Assembly (NCBI GenBank): GCA_964608745.1
Contig: CAZSPC010000002.1
Span: 1-54,454 of the forward strand
Source of the DNA: an uncultured Candidatus Saccharibacteria bacterium
GTDB lineage: Bacteria > Patescibacteriota > Minisyncoccia > Phycocordibacterales > UBA12079
Length of the DNA: 54,454 nucleotides
Direction of reading: 5' to 3'
The stretch's first letter is position 1. Each line of letters opens with the position of its first letter. Both the position numbers and the translations under genes were made by a program. Positions 17,482 through 27,518 of this stretch are shown in pieces. A model generated the notes under the pieces. It made no database searches. It was not told the origin of the DNA and worked only from the letters and a program-made list of their open reading frames with translations.

Positions 17482-18153
17482 CTAATTAGAGGTGCTTGTT
17501 GTTGCTTGCTCCGTTAGAGGTAAACTGCTGGAAGCAGTTGTAAGCTCTAATGGAGGTGTTGTAGTTGCGACTGATGGAGTGGCCGTTGGTGTTTCCATAG
17601 CTTCATCAATGTGAACGTTTACAACAAAAACAATTTTATTATTTTCTATATCATAAATTTCCATTGCCGGCATATCTTCTGTCCATTCAATTTCATTTGC
17701 TATCATATATTCTTCTAGAACTCTGTACATCTTTACCGGAGCCAACATAAATGACAACATATTTTTGTATGGGAATTCTGCTACGATACTTTTTGTTTTG
17801 GGTAGCGTCTTTACCATATAATCTTCTGTTGTTGTACTCAATTTTTGAATATCAGCGTCATTGATAATACTTCCCACCTCACTTCTTAATTTGTCTTTAT
17901 CGACTATTGCTGGATTATCTAGGTAAATACCAAACCCAACTTGATCAGTAATTTCTTCTGAAAGTAGAGCTTGATAAACTTCATCCATTGTAGATGCAAC
18001 TTGTGTGTAAGGTCCGACATATTCTTTATAGGCAACAGCGTAAGGACCCATCTCTTGTTCTGTTACTTCATAATTACTCAAACATCCCATATATCCAGCG
18101 ACCAAAAGGAATAGAATAATTAAAACAACAATTGTGTAAATTAATTTTCGCAT
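17482..18153 (-). CDS. Membrane-anchored GyrI-like (effector-binding fold) protein with a Thr/Ser/Pro-rich tail
   Basis: N-terminal TM helix, then two GyrI-like half repeats (GPYAVAYKEYVGPY...GIYLDNP...RSEVG; ...AMEIYD). Confidence 0.6.
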   Translation of the reverse strand: MRKLIYTIVVLIILFLLVAGYMGCLSNYEVTEQEMGPYAVAYKEYVGPYTQVASTMDEVYQALLSEEITDQVGFGIYLDNPAIVDKDKLRSEVGSIINDADIQKLSTTTEDYMVKTLPKTKSIVAEFPYKNMLSFMLAPVKMYRVLEEYMIANEIEWTEDMPAMEIYDIENNKIVFVVNVHIDEAMETPTATPSVATTTPPLELTTASSSLPLTEQATTSTSN

Positions 18154-18215
18154 AATAAATTATTTTTAATTTTTTAATACCCCATTATAAACTCTAAAAT
18201 GATATAATTGCAACC

Positions 18216-19184
18216 ATGAAAAGAGATGTTTTAATCTATCAAGCAAAAAATGGTGAAATAAAATTTCGGGGAGATTTTAGCGGTGATACTATTTGGGCAA
18301 CGCAAAAACAAATTGCGGAGGTTTTTGGTGTGAATTCTCAAGCTATTACAAAACATATTGGAAATATTTATAAAGATAAAGAGCTAGTAGAAAAACAGAC
18401 TTGTTCCAAAATGGAACAAGTTCAAATAGAGGGCAAGAATAAGGTTAAAAGAAGACTAAAATTTTATAATCTAGATATGATAATCTCGATTGGTTATAGA
18501 ATTAATTCCAAAAAAGCTACAGAATTTCGTATCTGGGCAACCAAAACCCTAAAACAACATATTACCAAGGGCTACACAATAAATAAAAAAATGATTGGTA
18601 AAAATTATGATGACTTTATGAAAGCGGTTGAAAGTGTACAAAAGTTGTTACCAAAAAACGACTTGATATCAAACGAAAATGTTTTAGAGCTTGTGAAAAC
18701 TTTTGCGAGTACCTGGTTTTCTCTTGAAGTCTATGATGAGGGTAATTTTCCCAAAAAAGGTTTTACTAAGAAAAAAGTAAAAGTGCATGCAGATGAATTG
18801 TATGAGGTGGTTTCTAGCTTTAAAAAAGAGTTAATAAGGAGAAAACAAGCGACTGACTTGTTCGCACAAGAAAAGAAAAACAAAAGCCTCGAAGGAATTT
18901 TGGGTAATGTTTTTCAGGCGGTTTTCGGTTCAGAAGTTTACCCAACAATTGAAGAAAAGTCGGCACATTTATTATACTTTGTAGTAAAAAATCATCCATT
19001 CAACGATGGCAACAAAAGAACAGGAGCTTTTTGTTTTGTATGGTTTTTAAGAAAAGCAGGCTTGCGATTTGATGGAAAAATTACACCAGAGGCTTTGACT
19101 ACGCTAACTTTGTTGATAACAGAATCAAAGCCAAAAGACAAAGACCGTATGATCGGGCTGGTTTTGTTGTTGCTAAAAAAATAA
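18216..19184 (+). CDS. RhuM-like N-terminal domain fused to a Fic/Doc domain
   Basis: The N-terminus has YNLDMIISIGYRINSKKATEFRIWATK. The C-terminus has the Fic/Doc motif HPFNDGNKRTG. Confidence 0.8.
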   Translation: MKRDVLIYQAKNGEIKFRGDFSGDTIWATQKQIAEVFGVNSQAITKHIGNIYKDKELVEKQTCSKMEQVQIEGKNKVKRRLKFYNLDMIISIGYRINSKKATEFRIWATKTLKQHITKGYTINKKMIGKNYDDFMKAVESVQKLLPKNDLISNENVLELVKTFASTWFSLEVYDEGNFPKKGFTKKKVKVHADELYEVVSSFKKELIRRKQATDLFAQEKKNKSLEGILGNVFQAVFGSEVYPTIEEKSAHLLYFVVKNHPFNDGNKRTGAFCFVWFLRKAGLRFDGKITPEALTTLTLLITESKPKDKDRMIGLVLLLLKK

Positions 19185-19190
19185 TTTTCT

Positions 19191-19739
19191 ATGAAAAAGA
19201 TATTGAATGTACCATATTATTCTCAACACAGAGATGTGAAAGACGGATATTGGAGGTTGAGAGCTTGTGGTATTTTGTGCCTAAAATCCATTTTAGATTT
19301 CCACTTGGACCCCGGGGTTCCAAGTGGTGTTGATGAATTTGTAGAGATGGCAGATAGGAAAGGTGCATATGGTAAAAGCGGATGGATTCATCAAGGTTTG
19401 ATTGATATCGCGGGCGAGTTTGGTTTGGAAATGGAAAGAAAAGAATACAAGTCAGATGATCTGAAAAAATCTGAAATGCTTTTGGAAAACGGAATCAATA
19501 GGATTGTTGATTCTATAAAAAATAATAAACCAGTTCTAATCTCTGCAATAAAAAGATGGAAAGAAAAAGATAAATTTCACATGATTGTCTTAACTGGTTT
19601 TGAGAATGACGAAAAAGGAAATTTAAAAGGTTTTTACTATAACGATACCGATTATGATGACGAAGAGGGAGGGGGTTTATTTGTTGATATAAAGACATTC
19701 AAAAAATATTGGAGAAGATTAGCTATTTTTGTGAAATAA
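19191..19739 (+). CDS. C39-like papain-fold cysteine peptidase domain protein
   Basis: VPYYSQ...ACGILCLKSIL (Cys) and FHMIVLTGFE (His), as in the Peptidase_C39_2 family. It begins 7 nt after the Fic gene. Confidence 0.65.
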   Translation: MKKILNVPYYSQHRDVKDGYWRLRACGILCLKSILDFHLDPGVPSGVDEFVEMADRKGAYGKSGWIHQGLIDIAGEFGLEMERKEYKSDDLKKSEMLLENGINRIVDSIKNNKPVLISAIKRWKEKDKFHMIVLTGFENDEKGNLKGFYYNDTDYDDEEGGGLFVDIKTFKKYWRRLAIFVK

Positions 19740-19895
19740 CCCCAAAATTGGCGATATTCGTTTCTTTTTTCTCAAATTTCCGTTTACTGTAATTGAAGAG
19801 GGTTGGCTTTTTGTTGACCAAAACATTTTTTATTGGTATTATTCTAGTAGAAAATAGACAATAAGATAACCATGAATTTTTAAGGAGGTGGAATC

Positions 19896-20243
19896 GTGAT
19901 ACCAAATTATTTTTTACAACAAAGCGGTTTTTTGTATGAGCCCTGGATGTATGTCTATGTTTTTATAATTGTTTGGGCTGGACTGGTTGCACTTACTGGG
20001 TTAACAGCAAGGCTTCGTCGAGAGAGAACAGAAATACCCAGATGGTTAATGGTAATTTGTGGGTTAGGAATTTTTTCCATGATATTACCTCATAGTTTAG
20101 TATTTCTATCATTTTTGATTATTGTGGTTATGCCCTCACTTTCAGCTCCTAATGGTGCTATTGCCATCAGCCTCTTATTTTTCTGTTTCAGTTATGGGCT
20201 AAGTATCTACATAATGTTTGTCCCAAGAAATGGGAAGTGTTAA
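19896..20243 (+). CDS. Integral membrane protein, unknown function
   Basis: GTG start after SD aaggaggtggaatc, with four hydrophobic helices. Confidence 0.55.
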   Translation: MIPNYFLQQSGFLYEPWMYVYVFIIVWAGLVALTGLTARLRRERTEIPRWLMVICGLGIFSMILPHSLVFLSFLIIVVMPSLSAPNGAIAISLLFFCFSYGLSIYIMFVPRNGKC

Positions 20244-20473
20244 GTGATTATATAAGGCGGATTTCAGCTTGCTGAAATTTGCCTTTTTATTTGGTAATCT
20301 TTGGTATTTTGTGCTTTGTGTTTTTTAATTTTAGTGGAAAAAATCATGGAAAAATCTATCTAATTTTGGTATAATATACCCAACGAAAGCATTGAAAAAT
20401 CTAACTAAAAAGCAGTAATGCTTATTTTATTTTTAAATAATTTTTTTCTAAAAACTAAAAACTTTTTAACTAA

Positions 20474-22588
<2,115 letters not shown>

Positions 22589-22667
22589 AAAAATAAGCCC
22601 AAAATAGAAATTTTGTTTCTATTTTTGACTATATTTTTCTTAACCCACAAAGCTCGTTAAGAAAAAT

Positions 22668-22704
22668 ATAAAAAAAGAGGTAACACTTCTAAGAGTGTTA
22701 CCTC
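22668..22704 (-). terminator. Rho-independent terminator of the minus-strand small gene
   Basis: On the minus strand: gaggtaacac-tcttagaa-gtgttacctc followed by ttttttt. Confidence 0.8.
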
Positions 22705-22807
22705 TGTACAACGAAACTGAACTAAATCAGCTTTTAATCCAGTACCGGATTAGCCAAGCAGATGGTCCAGTTTACCGGCCTTGGCGTCAAGAACGAGCTG
22801 GCTGATT

Positions 22808-23017
22808 TCAGACTGTGAGGCCAAATATACCAGATTCAGTCATGGTGGTGCTGATTGCAAAATCAGCATCATCGTCTTTGCGTTTAGCGAGCTTGCTTAC
22901 TGTGACGCAGGCATCGGATCCACCGGCACAACAGGTGTGTGTTTCCAGAATGTCCGGGGAAATTGATACAGTTTGACCGGTTTTCTTTACAACAATGAAT
23001 TTGTTTTTGTCCTTCAT
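22808..23017 (-). CDS. Small Cys-containing hypothetical protein in a GC-rich patch
   Basis: Strong SD (aaaggaggtccttATG). Local GC was hand-counted at about 55% for 22741-22800, against about 33% elsewhere. It has its own promoter-like TTGCAA-N16-TAATAT and its own terminator. Confidence 0.5.
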   Translation of the reverse strand: MKDKNKFIVVKKTGQTVSISPDILETHTCCAGGSDACVTVSKLAKRKDDDADFAISTTMTESGIFGLTV

Positions 23018-23185
23018 AAGGACCTCCTTTGGGCTTTTTGCCCATAAAATTGAAAGAACTTTGGGATTTCTCCCGTTTTGTAAAAATCACCACATTGGTG
23101 ACACGAGAGTATATATTAGCAAATAAAAAATATTTTGCAAGTTTTTTGTGATAAACTTATTTAAGTTAACCCCGTTAGAGACTTT

Positions 23186-23446
23186 ATGTTCTATACTTAT
23201 ATAATAAAAAGTAAAAAGGACGGTAGATTTTACACAGGTGCTACAAGTGATTTACGGAAACGTTTTAAGCTACATAATGATAATAAAGTTATAGCAACAA
23301 AAGGCAGAGGTCCTTTTGTGTTAATATACTATGAAGCATGTCTTAGTCGAGGCGATGCTTTTGCAAGAGAAAAGTATTTAAAAACAGGAATGGGTAAGCG
23401 CCATATTAGAAATCGCTTAAAACGATTCCTGTCTCTAACGGGGTGA
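23186..23446 (+). CDS. GIY-YIG nuclease superfamily protein (small stand-alone type)
   Basis: FYTYIIKS..GRFYTGATSDLRKRFKLHN gives the GIY/YIG motifs. It is 86 aa. Confidence 0.85.
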   Translation: MFYTYIIKSKKDGRFYTGATSDLRKRFKLHNDNKVIATKGRGPFVLIYYEACLSRGDAFAREKYLKTGMGKRHIRNRLKRFLSLTG

Positions 23447-24957
23447 AACTAACCAAAACAAATTATCTTATCTACCAAGACTGCGGGAAAAATGCGTGGT
23501 TGAAAATGCATAAACCTGATGTATATTTTGAACACCCCTTGTCTGCGTTTGAAGAGGGAATTATTGAGACTGGAAATGAGGTTGATGATATGGCCCGAAA
23601 ATTATATTCGGGTGGTATTGCAGTAGAAGATAGATATGACTTTGGTTATACAAAAGAATTGATTGATAAAAGAACCCCTATTATTTATCAACCCGTTTTT
23701 GAAAGTGATAAATATCAAATCGCTTGTGATATTTTAGTGTGGAATGAAGAAACTGAAAAATATGATATACACGAAGTAAAGGCTTCAACTGCTGAGAAAA
23801 AAGACTCTAAACCCAAAAAAGCTAAAAATGAATTATATATGCGAGACTTGGCTTTTCAATATATAACTATGAAAGATGCTGGTGTTCCGGTTGGAGATTT
23901 GTATTTGAGAAGGCTTAATCCAGAATATATTCGGCGGGGTGAATTAGATGTTCATGAATTTTTTACAAAAGAAGATTTTACAGAAAGGGTTTTGGAAAGC
24001 AAAGAATTGATTAGGGTAGAAATGAAAATTGCTTATGACTATCTAATGCAGGATGAAGAGCCGGGAGGATATTGTTCATGTATTACGAAGGGACGAAATG
24101 CTCACTGCACGACTTTTGCTTATTCAAACCCTCAAGTACCTAAATATTCTGTACATGATATCTCGCGCATCGGAATGTCGAAAAGAAAATTAGAAGAATT
24201 GGTTGATAATGGTATTTTTGATATCCATGATGTACCAGATGACTTTGAATTATCCGAAAAACAACGAAATCAAGTTGATATGACAAAAGAGATGGATGAA
24301 ATTTTAGATCGAGAGGGGATTGAAGATTTTTTGGATTCTTTGGAATACCCAATTGCTTTTTTTGATTATGAAACTTATCCGTGCGCTATTCCGCGTTTTG
24401 ATGGGTATAGCCCATATAATCAAATTCCTTTTCAGTTTTCTGTTCATATTTTGGACGAGCCGGGGGGAGGATTGAGACATGAAGAATTTATTTATACAGA
24501 TACAGATAATCCAGATGAACCAATGATTAAAGCTTTGCAAGAAAAATTACCAGAAAAGGGAAGTATTGTGGCTTGGTATGCTTCTTTTGAAAAAGGAAGG
24601 AACAAAGATTTGGCCAAAAGAAATTCTCAATATGCTAAATTTTTAGAAAATTTGAATGACAGAATTGTAGACTTAGAAGATCCTTTTAAAGCGCAATTTT
24701 ATGTTCATCCAGAATTTAAAGGAAAGACATCAATTAAATATGTTTTACCCGTATTAGTGCCAGAATTGTCTTATAAAGAATTGGATATTCGGGAGGGAGC
24801 AACAGCATCCAATACTTGGAATCAAATTGTAACAGGGGAGATAACGGGCGAAGAAGCAAAAACACAAACAAAAAATTTGTTGGAATATTGTAAGTTGGAT
24901 ACACTTGCGATGGTGGAAATTTTTAAATGTTTAAAAATTTCAAGGAATAAGGAATAA
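23443..24957 (+). CDS. DUF2779-family protein (PD-(D/E)XK-like N-terminus, RNase H-like C-terminus)
   Basis: The N-terminus has YLIYQDCGKNAWLK and the C-terminus has IAFFDYETYPCAIPRFDGYSPYNQIPFQFSVH, both family-typical. The GTG start overlaps the GIY-YIG stop. Confidence 0.8.
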   Translation: MKLTKTNYLIYQDCGKNAWLKMHKPDVYFEHPLSAFEEGIIETGNEVDDMARKLYSGGIAVEDRYDFGYTKELIDKRTPIIYQPVFESDKYQIACDILVWNEETEKYDIHEVKASTAEKKDSKPKKAKNELYMRDLAFQYITMKDAGVPVGDLYLRRLNPEYIRRGELDVHEFFTKEDFTERVLESKELIRVEMKIAYDYLMQDEEPGGYCSCITKGRNAHCTTFAYSNPQVPKYSVHDISRIGMSKRKLEELVDNGIFDIHDVPDDFELSEKQRNQVDMTKEMDEILDREGIEDFLDSLEYPIAFFDYETYPCAIPRFDGYSPYNQIPFQFSVHILDEPGGGLRHEEFIYTDTDNPDEPMIKALQEKLPEKGSIVAWYASFEKGRNKDLAKRNSQYAKFLENLNDRIVDLEDPFKAQFYVHPEFKGKTSIKYVLPVLVPELSYKELDIREGATASNTWNQIVTGEITGEEAKTQTKNLLEYCKLDTLAMVEIFKCLKISRNKE

Positions 24958-25037
24958 GGGTTAAGGGATAAGTAAAAAGTCGTTTTGCCTTTGGCAAAAC
25001 GACCTCAGCGATTTTCAAAATTTATTAAAAAAGAAGC

Positions 25038-25083
25038 TTGACAGATGATGATGATGATGATGATGATAACCTGTATGCAGGTT
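25038..25083 (+). promoter_or_regulatory. TTGACA box followed directly by a (GAT)8 microsatellite and a hairpin
   Basis: TTGACA at 25038-25043, (GAT)8 at 25044-25067, then aacctg-tatg-caggtt at 25068-25083. It lies about 60 nt upstream of the 25142 gene. Confidence 0.55.
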
Positions 25084-25141
25084 AAGTTGCAATTTCGTTG
25101 TGAAATTGTGTTTTTGAAAAATATTAAATTAGGAGAACGCG

Positions 25142-25696
25142 ATGAAATCAATTATGTTTTCAATGTTGTTAATGTTGTTTGCCGTACCTGTTTTTGCTGG
25201 AACTACGGTTATGATTGACTTGGAGCAGTTGCCAGGAGAGACTGCAAAAGCAGTTTTGGCAGCAAAAAAGAAGGTAAATGAAGATTTGCCAACAACTCCA
25301 GAAAAGGCAAAAGAATGGGCGGAAGTTGGGGAACAAATTGGAGAGGCAATCGCTGCTACAGCAAAGGCTCTCGGTGAAGAGGTAAACGATTTTGTAAAAA
25401 CACCCGTAGGAATGGGAGCAGCCTTGCTTGTTATTTGGCATGTTGTTGGTCCCGATTTGTGGGGAATTGTTGGTGGTATTCCGGCATGGATTATTATGTC
25501 CTCAATCATTCTTTGGTCTTTTCGTTACTTTCATATGTCTAAAAAGATTAAAGAAAAAGATGAAAAAGGAAATGTGTCTGTGAGATACGAAAAGATGCAT
25601 GATTTCGTATCCAATGAATCAAAAGCAGTTTCTGGTATTTGCCACGTTGTATTGTTTATTGCAAATACCATTACATTTGCTATTATTGTTTTCTGA
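25142..25696 (+). CDS. Secreted/membrane protein, unknown function
   Basis: SD aggagaacgcgATG, signal peptide MKSIMFSMLLMLFAVPVFAG, and three later TM helices. Confidence 0.7.
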   Translation: MKSIMFSMLLMLFAVPVFAGTTVMIDLEQLPGETAKAVLAAKKKVNEDLPTTPEKAKEWAEVGEQIGEAIAATAKALGEEVNDFVKTPVGMGAALLVIWHVVGPDLWGIVGGIPAWIIMSSIILWSFRYFHMSKKIKEKDEKGNVSVRYEKMHDFVSNESKAVSGICHVVLFIANTITFAIIVF

Positions 25697-25756
25697 TTTT
25701 AAAAAGTCGTTTTGCCTTTGGCAAAACGACTTTTCTTATTTCTTATTCCTCTTTTC

Positions 25757-26434
25757 TTATTTCTCCAATGATGACTCAATCATCGCTTTCACAGCCTCAT
25801 ATGGTTGAGCTCCACTAATCACAGTTCCGTTTCCATCCTTATCAACCAAGAATGAGTGAGGTGTTCCCCTAACCCCCATTTCTACACCTGCTTGTTGTAC
25901 ATCATTAACTATTTTTGCTATTGACTCGTCAGTTAAACAAGTATTGAAAGCCTCCACATCTAATCCAATAGTTTCAGCGATAACAGGAAGTTGAGCTAAG
26001 TCTAGGCCATCATTTGACATTGTCTGGGTAAAGATTGCATCAAGATAAGCCCAAAATTTTTCTGCTCCGCCTAGTTTTCCAGCGCATTCAACAGCGATAG
26101 ATTCTTGTCGTGCATTTTGGTGAAGTTGGTCAAGGGGGAAGTGTCTAAATACAAGAGCTAATTTTCCATCTGCTCCATATTCTTCCATTAGTTTTTTCGT
26201 AGTAAAGTGGAAGTTTTTACAATATGGACATTCAATATCTGAATATTCCACAATAGTTAATTCTGCGTCTGGGCTACCAAAAATGTAATCATTTTCGGTG
26301 ATTTCAATTTTTACCTCCTCATTGCCATTGTTATCTGGTTGATTTGGCTCCGAACCATTATTTGAGGCAACTCCCCAAGCAATCAATCCGCCTGCAATCA
26401 CAATAGCGATTGGTGTTAAGATGTTATTGTTCAT
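25757..26434 (-). CDS. DsbA-like thioredoxin-fold thiol:disulfide oxidoreductase
   Basis: TM anchor and a CPYC active site (VEYSDIECPYCKNFH). ATG 26434 is preferred over 26509. Confidence 0.85.
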   Translation of the reverse strand: MNNNILTPIAIVIAGGLIAWGVASNNGSEPNQPDNNGNEEVKIEITENDYIFGSPDAELTIVEYSDIECPYCKNFHFTTKKLMEEYGADGKLALVFRHFPLDQLHQNARQESIAVECAGKLGGAEKFWAYLDAIFTQTMSNDGLDLAQLPVIAETIGLDVEAFNTCLTDESIAKIVNDVQQAGVEMGVRGTPHSFLVDKDGNGTVISGAQPYEAVKAMIESSLEK

Positions 26435-26559
26435 ATTTTTGTTTATTTTTGTAAATCTAATAATAAATATAAGTGTTAGTAGTATAGCAGAAAATGAATC
26501 AAGAATCACGAATTATGAATCATGATATTGAAAATTGGTAAATGAAAATTCACTTTTTA

Positions 26560-27138
26560 CTAAAAAAGTGACTGGCTCATTCCATTATCTTCTTTTTCCT
26601 CCCATTCGCTTGTATCAATATCAATTTCTTTTATTTTGTGAGTAATTCTATCTTTGTATTTTAGTTTTTTATTTTTTAATGCGTAATCATAAATTTCTTT
26701 GGTGATTTTAACATCATCAAGACAATATTTTTCAATTTTATCTATTTCACCAGAATTCCACCATTTTATAGCATCCAAGCCGTTACCTGATTTGTTGATA
26801 CCAAGAGTTGCTTCTGCGATTGTGTCTAATTTAATTCTTTTGCCGAGAGAGTTTTTGACTTCTTTCAGCAGGTCAAGACTTTTGATATTAGTTAAATCGC
26901 CATGATAATATTTATTTAAAATAGGAATATCAAAATGATCAGAATTATAACCAATTAGCACATCAGCTGATTCCAAAAGAGGCCAAAGTCTATCCAAATC
27001 GTCATGCATAAATGTATCGTATTCGTCAGTTTCGGTGTCGTAGGTACAAAGCAAAGACACATCTAAATCAACCGGGTCGTTTGAACCGACATCTTCAAAG
27101 GTATTTCTAGTTTCTATATCAAAAATGATTTTTTTCAT
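26560..27138 (-). CDS. RNase H-fold 3'-5' exonuclease-like protein
   Basis: IIFDIETRN, IGYNSDHFDIPIL and YCLDDVKITKEIYDY match DEDD-type motifs. Confidence 0.75.
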   Translation of the reverse strand: MKKIIFDIETRNTFEDVGSNDPVDLDVSLLCTYDTETDEYDTFMHDDLDRLWPLLESADVLIGYNSDHFDIPILNKYYHGDLTNIKSLDLLKEVKNSLGKRIKLDTIAEATLGINKSGNGLDAIKWWNSGEIDKIEKYCLDDVKITKEIYDYALKNKKLKYKDRITHKIKEIDIDTSEWEEKEDNGMSQSLF

Positions 27139-27164
27139 AAGTTGTTAGATTGTATCAAAATAGG

Positions 27165-27447
27165 ACCAATAAAAAAAGCCCTCGACTAGTATGTGTATTG
27201 TAATTACGCATAAGTAGTCCGTCAGGGCTTTTGGCGAGTTTGTTCTTCGGGTTGCCCTCCCGATGTTGGTGCACCATTTCTCATATGCATACAGCCTGAT
27301 GGATAATGATGCAACAGAACTTTGTTCTGTTAATTCTGCCAACCGTAGCTGGCATGCAAGAACATTCCATCCGGAATTAATACTTAATATTAATTCAAGT
27401 GAACTTCATGAATTTGCCTCCTTGTAGGCGCTTTCATATTTCTTGTT
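27165..27447 (-). promoter_or_regulatory. Long structured GC-rich 5' leader with a mini-ORF and a terminator-like stem plus U7
   Basis: On the minus strand there is TTGACA (27482-27477) with TAGTATATA as the -10. AAGGAGG-N7-ATG AAG TTC ACT TGA lies at 27409-27395. Several hairpins follow. An imperfect stem (27228-27178) followed by TTTTTTT ends 33 nt before the ATG at 27138. Confidence 0.55.
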
Positions 27448-27518
27448 AGCTTATATACTAACATATTATAAATATTTGTCAAGTAGATTTGATTTGTTTT
27501 TCTCATATACTTTAATAT

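Noticed and set aside
22808-22810. Possibility that TGA is a sense codon (code 25, as in some CPR lineages), or Sec, at the end of the small GC-rich gene.
   Set aside because: All long housekeeping ORFs (gyrB, pheT, valS, rel) are uninterrupted under the standard code. That makes genome-wide TGA reassignment unlikely. No convincing SECIS-like element was evident.
25129-25509. 126-aa minus-strand ORF overlapping the 25142-25696 gene.
   Set aside because: The plus-strand ORF has an SD, a clear signal peptide and TM helices. The minus-strand ORF has none of these.
27295-27312. Plus-strand CCTGATGGATAATGATGC, which resembles the TPP-riboswitch CCUGAUCUGGAUAAUGCCAGC segment.
   Set aside because: The promoter and terminator of this region are on the other strand. 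No CUGAGA partner motif is in the same orientation, and no thiamine gene lies downstream.
27145-27342. 65-aa minus-strand ORF in the exonuclease leader.
   Set aside because: It has a non-ATG start and no SD. It runs through the terminator stem and the U-run, so it is better explained as structured RNA.
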